NCBI GenBank assembly: GCA_002840405.1
Contig: PHAR01000005.1
Span: forward strand, 11,894 to 75,893
DNA: 64,000 bases
Reading direction: 5' to 3'
Source of the DNA: Deltaproteobacteria bacterium HGW-Deltaproteobacteria-8
GTDB lineage: Bacteria; Desulfobacterota; Desulfovibrionia; Desulfovibrionales; Desulfovibrionaceae
Shown here: positions 47,671 through 58,065 of the stretch, in pieces
How positions within the stretch are numbered: position 1 is the first letter of the stretch
Layout: each line of letters begins with the position of its first letter
Notes under the pieces: generated by a model
The model's database searches: none
The model's input: the letters and a program-made list of their open reading frames with translations, nothing else
Told to the model about the DNA's origin: nothing
Program-made: the position numbers and the translations under genes

Positions 47671-49260
47671 ATGCACAGCGCGGAACATCCTGAAATCATG
47701 TGGGGTCTTGGACTTGATCCAGACTCTGCCACCTTCATAGAGGCTGCTGCCGGCCCAGGCTACGCCCTGCGGAATTTGCCGCCCGATGCCGTTTCCTGGA
47801 TGCGCGGCGCTGAAGGCCGGACCCAGGCCGCCTGGGTACCCTGGAGCGTCTGGACCAACCTGCCAAAAAACCGTCGCCTGGCCTGCGGCCAGGACGACTG
47901 CGTGCGCCGCATCCTGCTCCTGGATCAGGAGGCCGAGCTTTTGGAGACCGAGCAGGTGCTGGCCGAGGGCTTTGTCACCGCCGTGCGCGCCCCGCTCACG
48001 CGCTTCAAGGTGCGCGACGCCCTGCTGCGCCTGCGCGAGATGGATTCCCTCACCGCCGACCTGCGCCGCAAGACCGAGGAGATCGCCCTTGAGCGCGAGC
48101 TGCTCGTGCGCAAGAGCAACCACCTGGGCTTTCTGAACCGCGTGCTCTCGCGGGCCACGGCCTCGCTGGACCCGGCCACCATCCTGTCCAAGGCCCGTGG
48201 CGATCTGCGCTACCTGCTGCCCTTGACGGCGCTTTCCGCCGTGATCTGGACCCGGCCTGAGGACGGCCTGAACCTCTCGGCCCAGCTGTACATGCCCAGC
48301 CTGCTTTCTCCGCAGGATAGCGACGAGTGGCAGCAGACCCTCATTGAGGCCACCGAGCAAAAGGCCGGGGCCAAGGTCTCCGAGTACCGCCAAATCTGCC
48401 TTTCCCCAGGCCGCAACCACAAGCCCGTTGCCGGACCGTCCGCCGGCCGCCTTTTGTTTCTGCCCCTGTCCGTGGGCGGGGAGAGCTTCGGCTGCCTGGC
48501 GCTCATGACCGAAAAGGGCGTGCGTCTTGCCAAGGATCAGGTGCAGACCCTGAACGCCTGCGTGAATCATCTGGCCCTGGCCCTGCGCAACGCGCTGCTT
48601 TACTGCCAGGTGAAGATCCAGGCCGACCACGACGGGCTGACCAAAATCGGCAACCGCCGCAGCTTCGAGGTGCGCCTGGCTGAGGAGGCCGCTCGCCACG
48701 GCCGCTACGATCTGCCGCTGTCCTTGATCCTGGTGGACCTGGACCACTTCAAGGTGGTCAACGACACCCATGGCCATCCGGCCGGGGACGAGGTGCTGCG
48801 GGACATGGCCGTGCTTTTGGGCGAGGGTCTGCGCAGCTCGGACTACCCGGCGCGTTATGGCGGGGAAGAATTTGTGGTCATCCTGCCGCACACCAGCCAT
48901 GACCAGGCCGCGCTTCTGGCCGAACGCCTGCGCCAGCGCGTGGCCGAGCGCGTATTCCGCATCGGCGCTTCAAAAAAGGGCCTGAACCTCACGGTGAGCG
49001 TGGGCGTGGCCTCGCTGGCACCTGGCGGCACGTCCGAGAGCCTGGTGCTCCTGGCCGACCAGGCGCTCTACGTGGCCAAGAACAACGGCCGCAACCGCGT
49101 GGTGCTGGCCGGTGCGCGCGGCCCGCATGCGTCGGACGTGTCCGACGCGGTTGCGCTGGGCGAGAGCCTGCAGGGGAAGTGCGAGGGCAAGGCCCAGGGC
49201 AAAAGCAGGGACAAGGGAGCCGTCGGCCGCAAGGCCGTTCAGAACAGGGCGGTCATCTGA
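47671..49260 (+). CDS. Diguanylate cyclase (GAF-like plus GGDEF)
   Basis: DGLT, DLDHFK..ND, RSSD I-site and RYGGEEF motifs. Confidence 0.9.
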   Translation: MHSAEHPEIMWGLGLDPDSATFIEAAAGPGYALRNLPPDAVSWMRGAEGRTQAAWVPWSVWTNLPKNRRLACGQDDCVRRILLLDQEAELLETEQVLAEGFVTAVRAPLTRFKVRDALLRLREMDSLTADLRRKTEEIALERELLVRKSNHLGFLNRVLSRATASLDPATILSKARGDLRYLLPLTALSAVIWTRPEDGLNLSAQLYMPSLLSPQDSDEWQQTLIEATEQKAGAKVSEYRQICLSPGRNHKPVAGPSAGRLLFLPLSVGGESFGCLALMTEKGVRLAKDQVQTLNACVNHLALALRNALLYCQVKIQADHDGLTKIGNRRSFEVRLAEEAARHGRYDLPLSLILVDLDHFKVVNDTHGHPAGDEVLRDMAVLLGEGLRSSDYPARYGGEEFVVILPHTSHDQAALLAERLRQRVAERVFRIGASKKGLNLTVSVGVASLAPGGTSESLVLLADQALYVAKNNGRNRVVLAGARGPHASDVSDAVALGESLQGKCEGKAQGKSRDKGAVGRKAVQNRAVI

Positions 49261-49275
49261 CCTGAGGGATGCGGC

Positions 49276-50100
49276 CTAGGGGCGCCAGCCCTCGCGGCGC
49301 TCGTAAATCTTCCATTCGCCCTGCTCGGGCAAAAGCACGAACAGGGCGTCCTCTTCCAGGATCTCGTGAACCGAGGCTTGCGCTGTTGCGTTGGCTGCGG
49401 CTTCCGCTGCTGTCGGAGCCTTCGCATCCTCCTGCACAGGGACCTTCGAACCATCCACACCAGAGGCCCTCGGGCCATCCGCAGCAGGGGCCCTCGGCCT
49501 CAGGGTGAAGCTGTACCGGCCGGTGACGCGGATGCGCGCCAGGTCCGGGTCGCTGGTGACGCGCGTGAACCTGAGCCCAGAAATATCAACCTCTGCGGAC
49601 CGGAAGCGATCAAGCAGGCCCCGCCTGCGCTGCATCTCGCACATGGACAGGAAGGCCAGGGTCTCGCCGTCCTTGACGCGGCGCGAGAAGACCTCCGGGA
49701 AGTCCCCGGCCAGGGTCAGCTGGCGGCGGAAATACTGGCGCAGCACCGCGAACTGGGCCTGGCCCTCGGCGTCAACGGGTTCGCTGGCCGGTTCGACGGC
49801 CGGATCGGCCAGCGGCGTGGCAACCGCAGTGTCGGAAGTCGTGGCGGCTGGCGGCATAACCGGTTCGGCCAGCGGCGTGGCAGCCGGGCCCGGAGCATCG
49901 GAGGCCGGGACCTCGGTGATGGAGGCGTTGGCAGCGGCGCTGGCGTTCTGCTGCTGGTCGGGAAGCTGCCAGGGCAGGGAACCCATGGCCAGGGCCGAGG
50001 CGCAGGGCAAGAGGGACGCCAGGGCCAGCGCCAGGGCCAGGGTGCGGATCTGGGGCGCAACCGCCTTGGTCTGTACTGGCGGGGGCACGCTTTGGCTCAT
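49276..50100 (-). CDS. Hypothetical exported protein
   Basis: Signal peptide and Ala/Pro-rich linkers. No family recognised. Confidence 0.6.
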   Translation of the reverse strand: MSQSVPPPVQTKAVAPQIRTLALALALASLLPCASALAMGSLPWQLPDQQQNASAAANASITEVPASDAPGPAATPLAEPVMPPAATTSDTAVATPLADPAVEPASEPVDAEGQAQFAVLRQYFRRQLTLAGDFPEVFSRRVKDGETLAFLSMCEMQRRRGLLDRFRSAEVDISGLRFTRVTSDPDLARIRVTGRYSFTLRPRAPAADGPRASGVDGSKVPVQEDAKAPTAAEAAANATAQASVHEILEEDALFVLLPEQGEWKIYERREGWRP

Positions 50101-50483
50101 CCCAGGTCGTCTATGTGGGTCTTGAGTTCTGTGTAATTGAGCGGCTTGCCCATGAAGGCCCGGGGGTTGGTTTTGGCGGCCTGAGCCATGGTGCCGGGGT
50201 CCGTGTAGGCGGTGCAGTAGATGATGTGCATGCCCGGCGCGGCATCGTGGATCTGGCGCGCGGCTTCGATGCCGTTCATGGACCCCTGGAGCATGATGTC
50301 CATGAGCACCACGTCGGGCTTCTTGCGCGCGGCGTAGTCCACGGCCTGCTCCCCTGTGGCGGCAGTGGCCACCACCTCGCAGCCCATGCGCTTCAGGTTC
50401 ACGCTCGTGGCCATGGCGATGATGTGTTCATCTTCGACGATGAGCACCCGGGGCGCGTAAGGCAAAGGGGGGCAGGCGAGCAT
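50097..50483 (-). CDS. Single-domain response regulator
   Basis: VEDE, LMDIML, TAY and KP motifs. Confidence 0.85.
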   Translation of the reverse strand: MLACPPLPYAPRVLIVEDEHIIAMATSVNLKRMGCEVVATAATGEQAVDYAARKKPDVVLMDIMLQGSMNGIEAARQIHDAAPGMHIIYCTAYTDPGTMAQAAKTNPRAFMGKPLNYTELKTHIDDLG

Positions 50484-50706
50484 CTTCACACTTCTCGATC
50501 TGTAAGAGTTTAAACACCTGTAATACATTATGTCGCGGCCGCATTTCTTGTCAAGAACTGTTCCTGCCAGGTTTGCGGCGACGTCGGCATACATTTCGTG
50601 CGCATGCCCTTGACGGGCACGAGAAAATATGCCTAGACTTTTCTTAAAGAATCACTATAACAATTCCTGCGACCACTAAGTCGCTTGGCTGGCGGGGGCA
50701 AAGCGC

Positions 50707-51894
50707 ATGAAGCTACTGGCCGGGATATCCCTGCATACGCGCCTGACCCTGCGCTACACCCTGGCTCTGGGGATCGTGGCCGTGCTTACCCTGGCCAGCT
50801 ATGGGCTCATGCACAACGTCGTGGACACGGATGTGCTGGGGGCCAAGCTCCTGAATGTGGCCGGGCGACAGCGGATGCTCAGCCAGCGCGTGGAAATCCT
50901 GACCCTGCGCGCCCAGGCCGAGGCCGGGGCCGAGCGCCAGACCAGGCTGATGGAACTCGATGAGACGCTCCAGGAACTGGCCCAGGGGCATGAGCTTCTG
51001 GTCCACGGCCCGGCAAAGGCCCTGGATATGACCGAGGACAGTCCGGCCTTGAGCGTGTTGCGGACGGATGAGGACGGCGCCGAGGCCCTGTATCATGGGT
51101 ACATCGTCCAGGCCACGGCCCTGCGGACAAGCCTGGCCAGGGGCGAGGACGCGGTCTGGCCGGCCATGCACCGGCTCAGCCGGACGGGCGATGCGCTGCT
51201 TGAACGCCTGGACAAGCGCATGGACGGGTTGCAGCGGCTGGGCGAGGACACCTTGAAGAGCTTAAGCGCCCTGGTCCTGGTGCTCCTGGGCGCGGCCCTG
51301 GCTGTATATTTGCTGACTGGACTGCTGTTGTTCCGGCCCATGGTGGCCGAGGTGGTGCGCGACCGCGAGCACCTGGAAAGCCTGATCCGCAACCTGGAGA
51401 TCCAGGCCAGCACGGACAAGCTCACCGGGGCCTACAACCGGCGCACCTGGGACGTGGAGATAAGGCGCGAGTTTTCCAAGGCCAGACGCGCGGGCAGCAA
51501 CCTGTGCCTGGTGATGACGGACCTGGATCATTTCAAGCGCGTCAATGACGAGCATGGGCACCAGCGCGGCGACCGCGTGCTCCAGGAGTTCGCCAAGAGG
51601 CTCAGGCAGGCCGTGCGCGCGTCGGACACCTTGTACCGGCTGGGCGGCGAGGAGTTCGCCATGCTTCTGCCCGGCACAGATATTGAACAGGGCAGGGTGA
51701 CGGCCGAGAAGCTGCGGCTGCGCGTGGCGGAAAGCCCCCTGGACAGGGATGTGCCCATTACAGCCAGCTTCGGCGTGGCCGTGACGGACGGCAACGAATC
51801 GCCGGATGAGTTTTACCGCAGGGCCGACCAGGCGATGTATGCGGCCAAGGAAGCAGGCCGCAACCGCGTCGAGGTCAGTGCCAAGGATGTGTGA
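50707..51894 (+). CDS. Diguanylate cyclase with a NarX/PilJ-like sensor domain
   Basis: LNVAGRQRMLSQR (P-box-like), two TM helices and RLGGEEF. Confidence 0.88.
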   Translation: MKLLAGISLHTRLTLRYTLALGIVAVLTLASYGLMHNVVDTDVLGAKLLNVAGRQRMLSQRVEILTLRAQAEAGAERQTRLMELDETLQELAQGHELLVHGPAKALDMTEDSPALSVLRTDEDGAEALYHGYIVQATALRTSLARGEDAVWPAMHRLSRTGDALLERLDKRMDGLQRLGEDTLKSLSALVLVLLGAALAVYLLTGLLLFRPMVAEVVRDREHLESLIRNLEIQASTDKLTGAYNRRTWDVEIRREFSKARRAGSNLCLVMTDLDHFKRVNDEHGHQRGDRVLQEFAKRLRQAVRASDTLYRLGGEEFAMLLPGTDIEQGRVTAEKLRLRVAESPLDRDVPITASFGVAVTDGNESPDEFYRRADQAMYAAKEAGRNRVEVSAKDV

Positions 51895-52002
51895 GGGATG
51901 CGCGTTGGCCTGGGCTTGCCAGGCGGCCCTTCCCAAGGCTAAGGTGTAATGCCCGGACAGGTCCGGCGCAGGCCACGAGAACTTGAAACACAGCGGGAAG
52001 CC

Positions 52003-53307
52003 ATGCGAACCAAAGGCAAAGTCATTTTCCTGACAATGCTCCTTGTGATGATCGGCGCCAGATCCGTGCACGCTGCCCACAGCCACACGGGCGAACTGCG
52101 CGCCAAAGCGGCCATTGCCATGGACCTGGCCTCAGGGAGCATCGTCTACGAGCAGAATGCCGATGAACAGATCCCCCCGGCCTCGCTGACCAAGGTGCTG
52201 ACACTGTACCTGGCCTTTGAGGCCGTGCAGGAGAGGCGCCTGTCCTTTACCGACACCGTGCTTGTGTCGCCCGAGGCCACCATGACCGGAGGCTCGCGCA
52301 TGAACATCCGCCCCGGAGAGCGGGTCATCGTGCGCGAACTCATGAAGGGCATCGCCGTGGCCAGCGGCAACGACGCCTGCGTGGCCCTGGCCCAGCACCT
52401 CTGCGGCAGCGAGGACGTCCACCCCTTTGTGGCGGCCATGAACGCCAAGGCCAAGGAACTGGGCATGACCGGCACGGTCTTCAAGAACCCCAACGGCCTG
52501 CCCGCCGAGGGCCAGCTGACCACCGCGCGCGACATGCTGAAACTTTCGGCCAGCTACCTGCGGCACTTCCCCCAGGCCCTGACCTTCCACTCCATGACCA
52601 CCTACGTGCACAACAACCGCAATCATCACAACGCCAACCGCCTGCTCACCTCCTATGAGGGCGTGGATGGCCTCAAGACTGGCTACGTGCAGGCCTCGGG
52701 CTACAACAACGTGGTCACGGCCAAGCGCGGCGACGCCCGCGTGGTGGCCGTGGTGCTTGGCGCCCGCAGCGCCGGAGCCCGCGCCGCCGTCACCCGCCAG
52801 CTTTTGGACATCGCCTTCAAGAAGCTGAGCCAGGGCCAGAGCATCGCCACCCTGGACGAGCAGAAGGGATCCGGCAAGCTGCCCGCGTCCCTGGCCAAGT
52901 TCGCTCCGCGCCAGGACAGAGACCTGAAGGCCGCCCAGATGCTGGCCGCCACCAAGGTGGCGCAGTCCCAGCAGCCCGCTGCCGGAGTTGAAGCCGAAGC
53001 AGAGGCCTTTGCCGCTCCCGCCGCCTCTGTCGACGACGCCAGGTCCGTCAACACCGCCAACAGCCTGATCCACCGCAGGACCGCCAAGGGCGCCTACGCC
53101 ATTCAGGAGAGCTCCTTCCAGTCGCGCCAGCGGGCAGAGCGCCGCGCCCAGCATCTGGAGAAGAAGGGCCTGCCTGTGAAGGTCGTGGCCACCAGGCTCG
53201 ACGGCAAGGGCAAGTTCTACCGCGTGCTGGTCGGCCCCTACGCCAACGCTGCGGACGCCCGCAAGACCGAACTCCTGCTGGGCCACGGCTCGGTGATGGT
53301 GCAGTAG
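52003..53307 (+). CDS. D-alanyl-D-alanine carboxypeptidase (S11) with a SPOR domain
   Basis: PASLTK (SxxK), SGN, KTG and a C-terminal SPOR domain (YRVLVGPY). Confidence 0.9.
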   Translation: MRTKGKVIFLTMLLVMIGARSVHAAHSHTGELRAKAAIAMDLASGSIVYEQNADEQIPPASLTKVLTLYLAFEAVQERRLSFTDTVLVSPEATMTGGSRMNIRPGERVIVRELMKGIAVASGNDACVALAQHLCGSEDVHPFVAAMNAKAKELGMTGTVFKNPNGLPAEGQLTTARDMLKLSASYLRHFPQALTFHSMTTYVHNNRNHHNANRLLTSYEGVDGLKTGYVQASGYNNVVTAKRGDARVVAVVLGARSAGARAAVTRQLLDIAFKKLSQGQSIATLDEQKGSGKLPASLAKFAPRQDRDLKAAQMLAATKVAQSQQPAAGVEAEAEAFAAPAASVDDARSVNTANSLIHRRTAKGAYAIQESSFQSRQRAERRAQHLEKKGLPVKVVATRLDGKGKFYRVLVGPYANAADARKTELLLGHGSVMVQ

Positions 53308-53339
53308 CTCCGGCGCGCAGCCCGCGCACCAGCGCAGGC

Positions 53340-53390
53340 GAAGCCCCCGGCAGGACGAGAACGTCTTGCCGGGGGCTTCGCGCGTTTTGG
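53340..53390 (+). terminator. Hairpin downstream of the carboxypeptidase gene
   Basis: GAAGCCCCCGGCAGGACG / CGTCTTGCCGGGGGCTTC stem. Confidence 0.6.
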
Positions 53391-53785
53391 GGCTGGCGCG
53401 CGCGTTTCGCGGCATGCGTCGTGTCCTGCGGACCGCCTCCCCATGGGCGAAACCGTCCGCGCACGCGAGTCTTTGACCCACGAGCAGCATCCGGCTGAGT
53501 GTCCCAACACCGCCTGAGGGCAGAGAGGCCTCCCCGCCAGCTCCTGGCGCGCGTGCCGCGCCTCTGGCGGCGAGGACTTGCGCATAGAGGCTCTCGGGCC
53601 GAGCCGCACAGCGCTGATTCGTCCGACCGTCTCTCTCCGCCTCATCATCCAGCCGCAACTCCCTGCCCCTCTCTCCATCCTGCCTCTGGGGTCGCCCACC
53701 GCACGCCCCACCTGTCCCAGCACTCAGGCCGCTGGCAAAAACCTGCGCCAGGCACTTCGGTTCTGACAAAACAGACCCTTGCCTG

Positions 53786-53872
53786 AACCCTGTCAAGAGG
53801 AGATTTTTGTCCTTTTGCCGGCCAAATATAGTCAAATTTTGTCCAGTAGCAAAAGACGGGGTATACTGCGCC
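53786..53872 (+). promoter_or_regulatory. Conserved ~90 bp promoter element, copy 2 (upstream of the tail/lysis operon)
   Basis: AACCCTGTCAAGAGGAGATTTTTGTCCTTTTGCCGGCCAAA-N10-TTTTGTCC-17-TATACT (53862-53867). Confidence 0.85.
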
Positions 53873-53919
53873 TCAGCCGGACCGCGCCGGGTCCTTCAAC
53901 CCTCAACAACGAGCGACGC

Positions 53920-54384
53920 ATGCCTGCACCCTTCCTGGCCATCGCCTTCCACCCCGCCCATGCGGCGGACATCCGCCTCAGGCCCGGCGCGGTCTTGGCC
54001 CTGGCCGGAATGCCGCCGCTTAAGGAACTCGCCCAGGCCTACCACGCCGCTGGTCCAGCCTGGACCGTGCTTGCTGGCGACACGGCCATCGCCTGCGGCG
54101 GGGCGGTGCGCTTCTGGCCCGGCGTGGGCGAGTGCTGGTGCTGGGCCGGTGCGGCCGTGGACGCCTCGCCCGTGGCCTTTGCCCGGCTGGCCCGGCGCGT
54201 GTTGGAAGACTTGGGCCGGGAGCACGGCTTCCATCGCCTGCAGCTTCACGCGCGCCTGGACGATGCGCGCGCCAACCGTTTCGCCCTGCACCTCGGCTTC
54301 ACCCTGGAGGGCCGGTGCCCCGGCTATGGCCCTGACCAGTCAACACACAATCTCTACGGGAGGTTCCGCACATGGAAGGAGTGA
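53920..54384 (+). CDS. Podovirus GNAT-like virion-associated protein (T7 gp13 / BPP-1-type position)
   Basis: IACGG..WPGVGECW..HRLQ..ANRFALHLGFTLEG pattern, adjacent to tail genes. Confidence 0.6.
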   Translation: MPAPFLAIAFHPAHAADIRLRPGAVLALAGMPPLKELAQAYHAAGPAWTVLAGDTAIACGGAVRFWPGVGECWCWAGAAVDASPVAFARLARRVLEDLGREHGFHRLQLHARLDDARANRFALHLGFTLEGRCPGYGPDQSTHNLYGRFRTWKE

Positions 54385-54947
54385 GCACCGTCATGCCCCT
54401 GGCCCTGAACATGGGCACCGGCATCTTGAAGGACGTGCTGCAAGGCGCCGCAAGCAGCGGCGGCAGCAAGACCAGCGAGATAGCGGAGCAGCGGGCCCAG
54501 ACCGCCGAGGCCCAGGCCAAGCGGCAGGCCGAGGCCGAGCAGCGAAGCGCCCGCGAAAAGACCGAGGCCCTGCGCGAGGACAACCAGCACCGCCGGGCGC
54601 GCGCCCGCGTGGCCGCGGCCGGGTCCGGGCTGGAGTTCTCCGGCACCTCGCTGCTGAACCTGCAGAGCCTGGACCACCAGCAGGAGGAACAGCTGGGCCA
54701 GCTTCTGGGCGATTCCTCCCGCCGCGTGGCCGACATCCTGGCCTCCGGGGCCGAGCAGGCCCAGAGCATCCGCCTGTCTGGCCGACGCAGCCGCGGGACT
54801 GGCGGCCTGGGCTCGCTGCTGGGCCTGGGCGGCCAGGTGCTCAACGGCGGCCGCTTCGGCGGGAGCGGCGGGGTCTTGGACGAAATTCCTCGCGGCAGTA
54901 ACGGCGGCTCAGACGGCTGGGGCGGCAGTTCCGTGTTTGAGTATTAA
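54372..54947 (+). CDS. Internal virion (ejection) protein B-like
   Basis: Helical Ala/Gln-rich protein with ARVAAAGSGLEFSGTS motif and a Gly-rich tail, typical of T7 gp14-like proteins. Confidence 0.6.
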   Translation: MEGVSTVMPLALNMGTGILKDVLQGAASSGGSKTSEIAEQRAQTAEAQAKRQAEAEQRSAREKTEALREDNQHRRARARVAAAGSGLEFSGTSLLNLQSLDHQQEEQLGQLLGDSSRRVADILASGAEQAQSIRLSGRRSRGTGGLGSLLGLGGQVLNGGRFGGSGGVLDEIPRGSNGGSDGWGGSSVFEY

Positions 54948-54962
54948 CCAGCGGAGGTCCCC

Positions 54963-57125
54963 ATGTCCCTCGTGCCCATGATCCTGACCAACTTCACCTC
55001 CGGGGAGCTCTCGCCCCGGCTCTCCGGCCGCGTGGACGTGGCCAAGTACTTCAACGGCTGCCAGACCCTGGAGAACTTCCTGGTGCATCCGCACGGCGGC
55101 ATCACGCGGCGCAGCGGCATGCGCTACGTGGCCGACGCCGTGAGCCACGGCAGCCCCTCGGCGCTGCTGTCCTTTGAGGATGCCCAGGGCCAGGCCTGGG
55201 TGCTGGAGTTTGGCGAACGCGCGGACGGCCAGGGCGTGCTGCGCTTCTTCTACGATGGCGGCCGCGTGCAAAATGCTCAGGGCGGGACGCTGGAGTTGTC
55301 TACGCCCTACGTGGCCTCACACCTGGCAGAGCTGCGCGCCGTGCAGGACCGCCAGGAGCTCATCCTGACCCACCCGCTGGTGGCGCCGCAGGTGCTCTCG
55401 CGCACCGAGGGCGGCGGCTTCGCCCTGGCCGCGCTCAGCCTCGACGCCCAGCCCGAGACCTGGGGCCAGGACAACTGGCCGGCCATGTGCTGCCTGCATG
55501 AGGACCGCCTGGTGTTCGCCGCGACAAAGAGCGAGCCCTTCACCCTGTGGTTCTCGCGCACCTCCGGCCACCGGGACTTCCGCCTGTGCACGCGGGAGGT
55601 GCCGCTCACCGGCTGGGACGACTTCGAGATCGCCGACGGCTCCGGCGACTCCAGAGCGGACGGCCGGGCGGGCGACACCTTCCTGCTCCTCGGCGGCGAC
55701 TGCTTCAGCCAGGACTCGGCCCTGTGCGGCGACGTGTACGACGAGGACGGCGAGGCCACGCCCCGCTACTACCGCTACACCGGCCAGCGCATCATCACGG
55801 CCTCGAGCGGCTCCCTGCGCGCCACCTTCAGGGATGCTCCCTCCACCACGGCGGAGATAGAGAGCGTGCGCAAGGCCGACGGCGCGCTCAACGCCGGGTT
55901 CTGGGAGGAGTTCGAGGTGGGCGCCCGCATCCATGCCGATCCCGGCTCGGACCCGCTGGACGACGACGGCCTGGAGATCACCCTCTCGGCCCAGCAGGGC
56001 GGGCGCATCTGCTTCCTGGCCCCGCGCGACAAGCTGTGGATCGGCGCCACCTGCGGCGAGTGGACCGTGTCCGGAAGCTCGCTGGGCGCGCCGGTGACCC
56101 CCGGCGGGGTCAAGGCCGACCGCCAGGGCACCAGCGGCGCGGCGCAGGCTGCGGCCTGCCCGGCGGGCCACGCCACGCTGTACGTGCAGCGCTCGGGCCG
56201 CAAGGTGCGTGAGATGGCCTACCGCTTCGAGTCCGACGCCTACACCTCGCGCGACCTGACCCTGCTCTCGGCCCATGTGGCCGCGCCGGGCCTGACCCAG
56301 CTGGCCTTTGCCCAGGAGCCCGACCCGGTGCTCTTCTGCGTGCGCGCCGACGGCGTGCTCGTGGCCATGACCTATTTGCCGGACCAGGACGTCTGCGCCT
56401 TTTCGCGCATCGTCACCGATGGCGCGGTGGAGGCCGCCTGCGTGGTCTCCAACGATGCGGAAGGCCGCGACGAGCTCTGGCTCGTGGTGCGCAGGAGCGT
56501 GCCAGACCCTGCGGATCCGGACGGCCAGCCGCTCACCCGGCGGTTCATCGAAACCCTGGAGCCGGCCTTTTCCGAGGACGCGGCCAGCGTTGCCGAGGCC
56601 TTCTTCCTGGACGCGGGCCTGAGCTACGCGGGCGAGCCGGTGGCCGAGCTTACGGGCCTGGCGCACCTGGCTGGGCGCAGCGTGCAGGTGCTGGCCGACG
56701 GCGCGGTGCTGCCCGAGCGCATTGTGTCCGCATCAGGCTCCATCACCCTGCCGCGCCCGGCCAGCCGGGTCCACGCCGGGTTGGGCTACACCTCGACGCT
56801 GAAGCCCATGCGCCTGGAATTCAGCGGCGCGCGCGGCAGCTCGCAGACGCGCACCAAGCGCATCACCGAGGTCTCGGTGCGCCTGCACCGCAGCCTGGGC
56901 GGCAAGGTCGGCCCGGGTGGCGAGCAAAACGGCGGGCATCTGGAGCCGCTGCTCTACCGCACCAGCGCCGACCCCATGGACGGCCCGCCCGCCCTGTTCA
57001 CCGGCGACAAGTCCGTGCGCTTTCCCCAGGGCTGGGGCACGGACGGCGTGCTCACCGTGGTCCAGGACCAGCCCCTGCCCATGACCGTGCTGCTTGTGGC
57101 GCCAACCCTGGCCATCAACGAATAG
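54963..57125 (+). CDS. Podovirus tail tubular protein B / nozzle (T7 gp12-like)
   Basis: N-terminal NFTSGELSPRL.GRVD..KY.NGCQ..ENF..PHGG..RRSG, middle YVQRSGRKVRE..Y, and C-terminal QDQPLPMTVL. Confidence 0.85.
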   Translation: MSLVPMILTNFTSGELSPRLSGRVDVAKYFNGCQTLENFLVHPHGGITRRSGMRYVADAVSHGSPSALLSFEDAQGQAWVLEFGERADGQGVLRFFYDGGRVQNAQGGTLELSTPYVASHLAELRAVQDRQELILTHPLVAPQVLSRTEGGGFALAALSLDAQPETWGQDNWPAMCCLHEDRLVFAATKSEPFTLWFSRTSGHRDFRLCTREVPLTGWDDFEIADGSGDSRADGRAGDTFLLLGGDCFSQDSALCGDVYDEDGEATPRYYRYTGQRIITASSGSLRATFRDAPSTTAEIESVRKADGALNAGFWEEFEVGARIHADPGSDPLDDDGLEITLSAQQGGRICFLAPRDKLWIGATCGEWTVSGSSLGAPVTPGGVKADRQGTSGAAQAAACPAGHATLYVQRSGRKVREMAYRFESDAYTSRDLTLLSAHVAAPGLTQLAFAQEPDPVLFCVRADGVLVAMTYLPDQDVCAFSRIVTDGAVEAACVVSNDAEGRDELWLVVRRSVPDPADPDGQPLTRRFIETLEPAFSEDAASVAEAFFLDAGLSYAGEPVAELTGLAHLAGRSVQVLADGAVLPERIVSASGSITLPRPASRVHAGLGYTSTLKPMRLEFSGARGSSQTRTKRITEVSVRLHRSLGGKVGPGGEQNGGHLEPLLYRTSADPMDGPPALFTGDKSVRFPQGWGTDGVLTVVQDQPLPMTVLLVAPTLAINE

Positions 57126-57182
57126 CCCCGGCGAACAGCCAAACACGAGAGCCGCCCGCACGCGGCAAAGGAGTCCACCCCG

Positions 57183-58064
57183 ATGACCCTGTCCACCCAG
57201 ACCTCCAAGACCACCTACACCGGCAACGGGGCCACCTGCGTGTTCCCCGTGCCCTTCCCCTTCCTGCGGCCGGACGACATCAAGGTCCTGCTGCGCCAGG
57301 GCGGCGCGGAGCTGCCGCTTCTGCCCGGCACGCACTACAACGTGGAGGGCGCGGGCAGCTCCTCTGGCGGCAGCCTGACCCTGGTGGAGCCGCCGGCCAC
57401 GGGCCAGGTCCTGCTCATCTACCGCGACCCGGCCATCGTGCAGGAGGTGGACTACGTGGAGAACGCGGCCTTCCCGGCCGAAACCCACGAGGCCGCCCTC
57501 GATCTGCTGACCATGATCTGCCAGGCCCTGGACGAGAAGATCGGCCGCGCCGTGCTGTATCCCGTGAGCACTCCCCAGCAAGACATCCGGGACAGCTCAG
57601 CCTTCCTGGGCTCCTGCGAGAGCGCCCGCGAACAGGCCCTGGCCGCCGAAACCCAGGCCAGCGCCTTGGCCGCCCAGGCCCAGACCCAGGCCGCTCTGGC
57701 CGGGAATTTCGCCGCCCAGGCCCAGGCCAGCGTGGGCGGGCTGCGCGTGAGCGCGGGCGATACCACGCCCGGCAACCTGTCGGCCAAGCTTCTCGCAGGC
57801 GACGGCCTGGCCGAGACCCTGCTCTTCCCCGGCGCGGACGAGTCCCTGCGGCTGTCCCTCGCCCTGGCGGAAGTCTCTGGCCTGGAGCTGCTCGGCGGCC
57901 TGCTGCGCGCCCAGGTGGCGCCCGGCGGCGGACTCTTGCGCACGGGCTTGGGCCTGGCGGCGGACCTCGGCCCCGGCCCGGACCAGCTTTCCACAAACCT
58001 GTCCCTGCGGCCCGTCATGGTGGCTGGCCGCGTCCTCAACCACACAGCCCTGGGAGGCATGTAG
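57183..58064 (+). CDS. Short tail-fibre adaptor with a T7 gp17-like N-terminal domain
   Basis: YTGNG.T..FPVPF.F...DDIKV, IYRDP..Q..DY and HEAALDLLTMICQ motifs. Only 293 aa. Confidence 0.75.
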   Translation: MTLSTQTSKTTYTGNGATCVFPVPFPFLRPDDIKVLLRQGGAELPLLPGTHYNVEGAGSSSGGSLTLVEPPATGQVLLIYRDPAIVQEVDYVENAAFPAETHEAALDLLTMICQALDEKIGRAVLYPVSTPQQDIRDSSAFLGSCESAREQALAAETQASALAAQAQTQAALAGNFAAQAQASVGGLRVSAGDTTPGNLSAKLLAGDGLAETLLFPGADESLRLSLALAEVSGLELLGGLLRAQVAPGGGLLRTGLGLAADLGPGPDQLSTNLSLRPVMVAGRVLNHTALGGM

Positions 58065-58065
58065 C

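Noticed and set aside
53391-53785. Short ORFs or an ncRNA in the gap before the phage operon
   Set aside because: No convincing RBS, motif or known RNA signature could be supported by eye.
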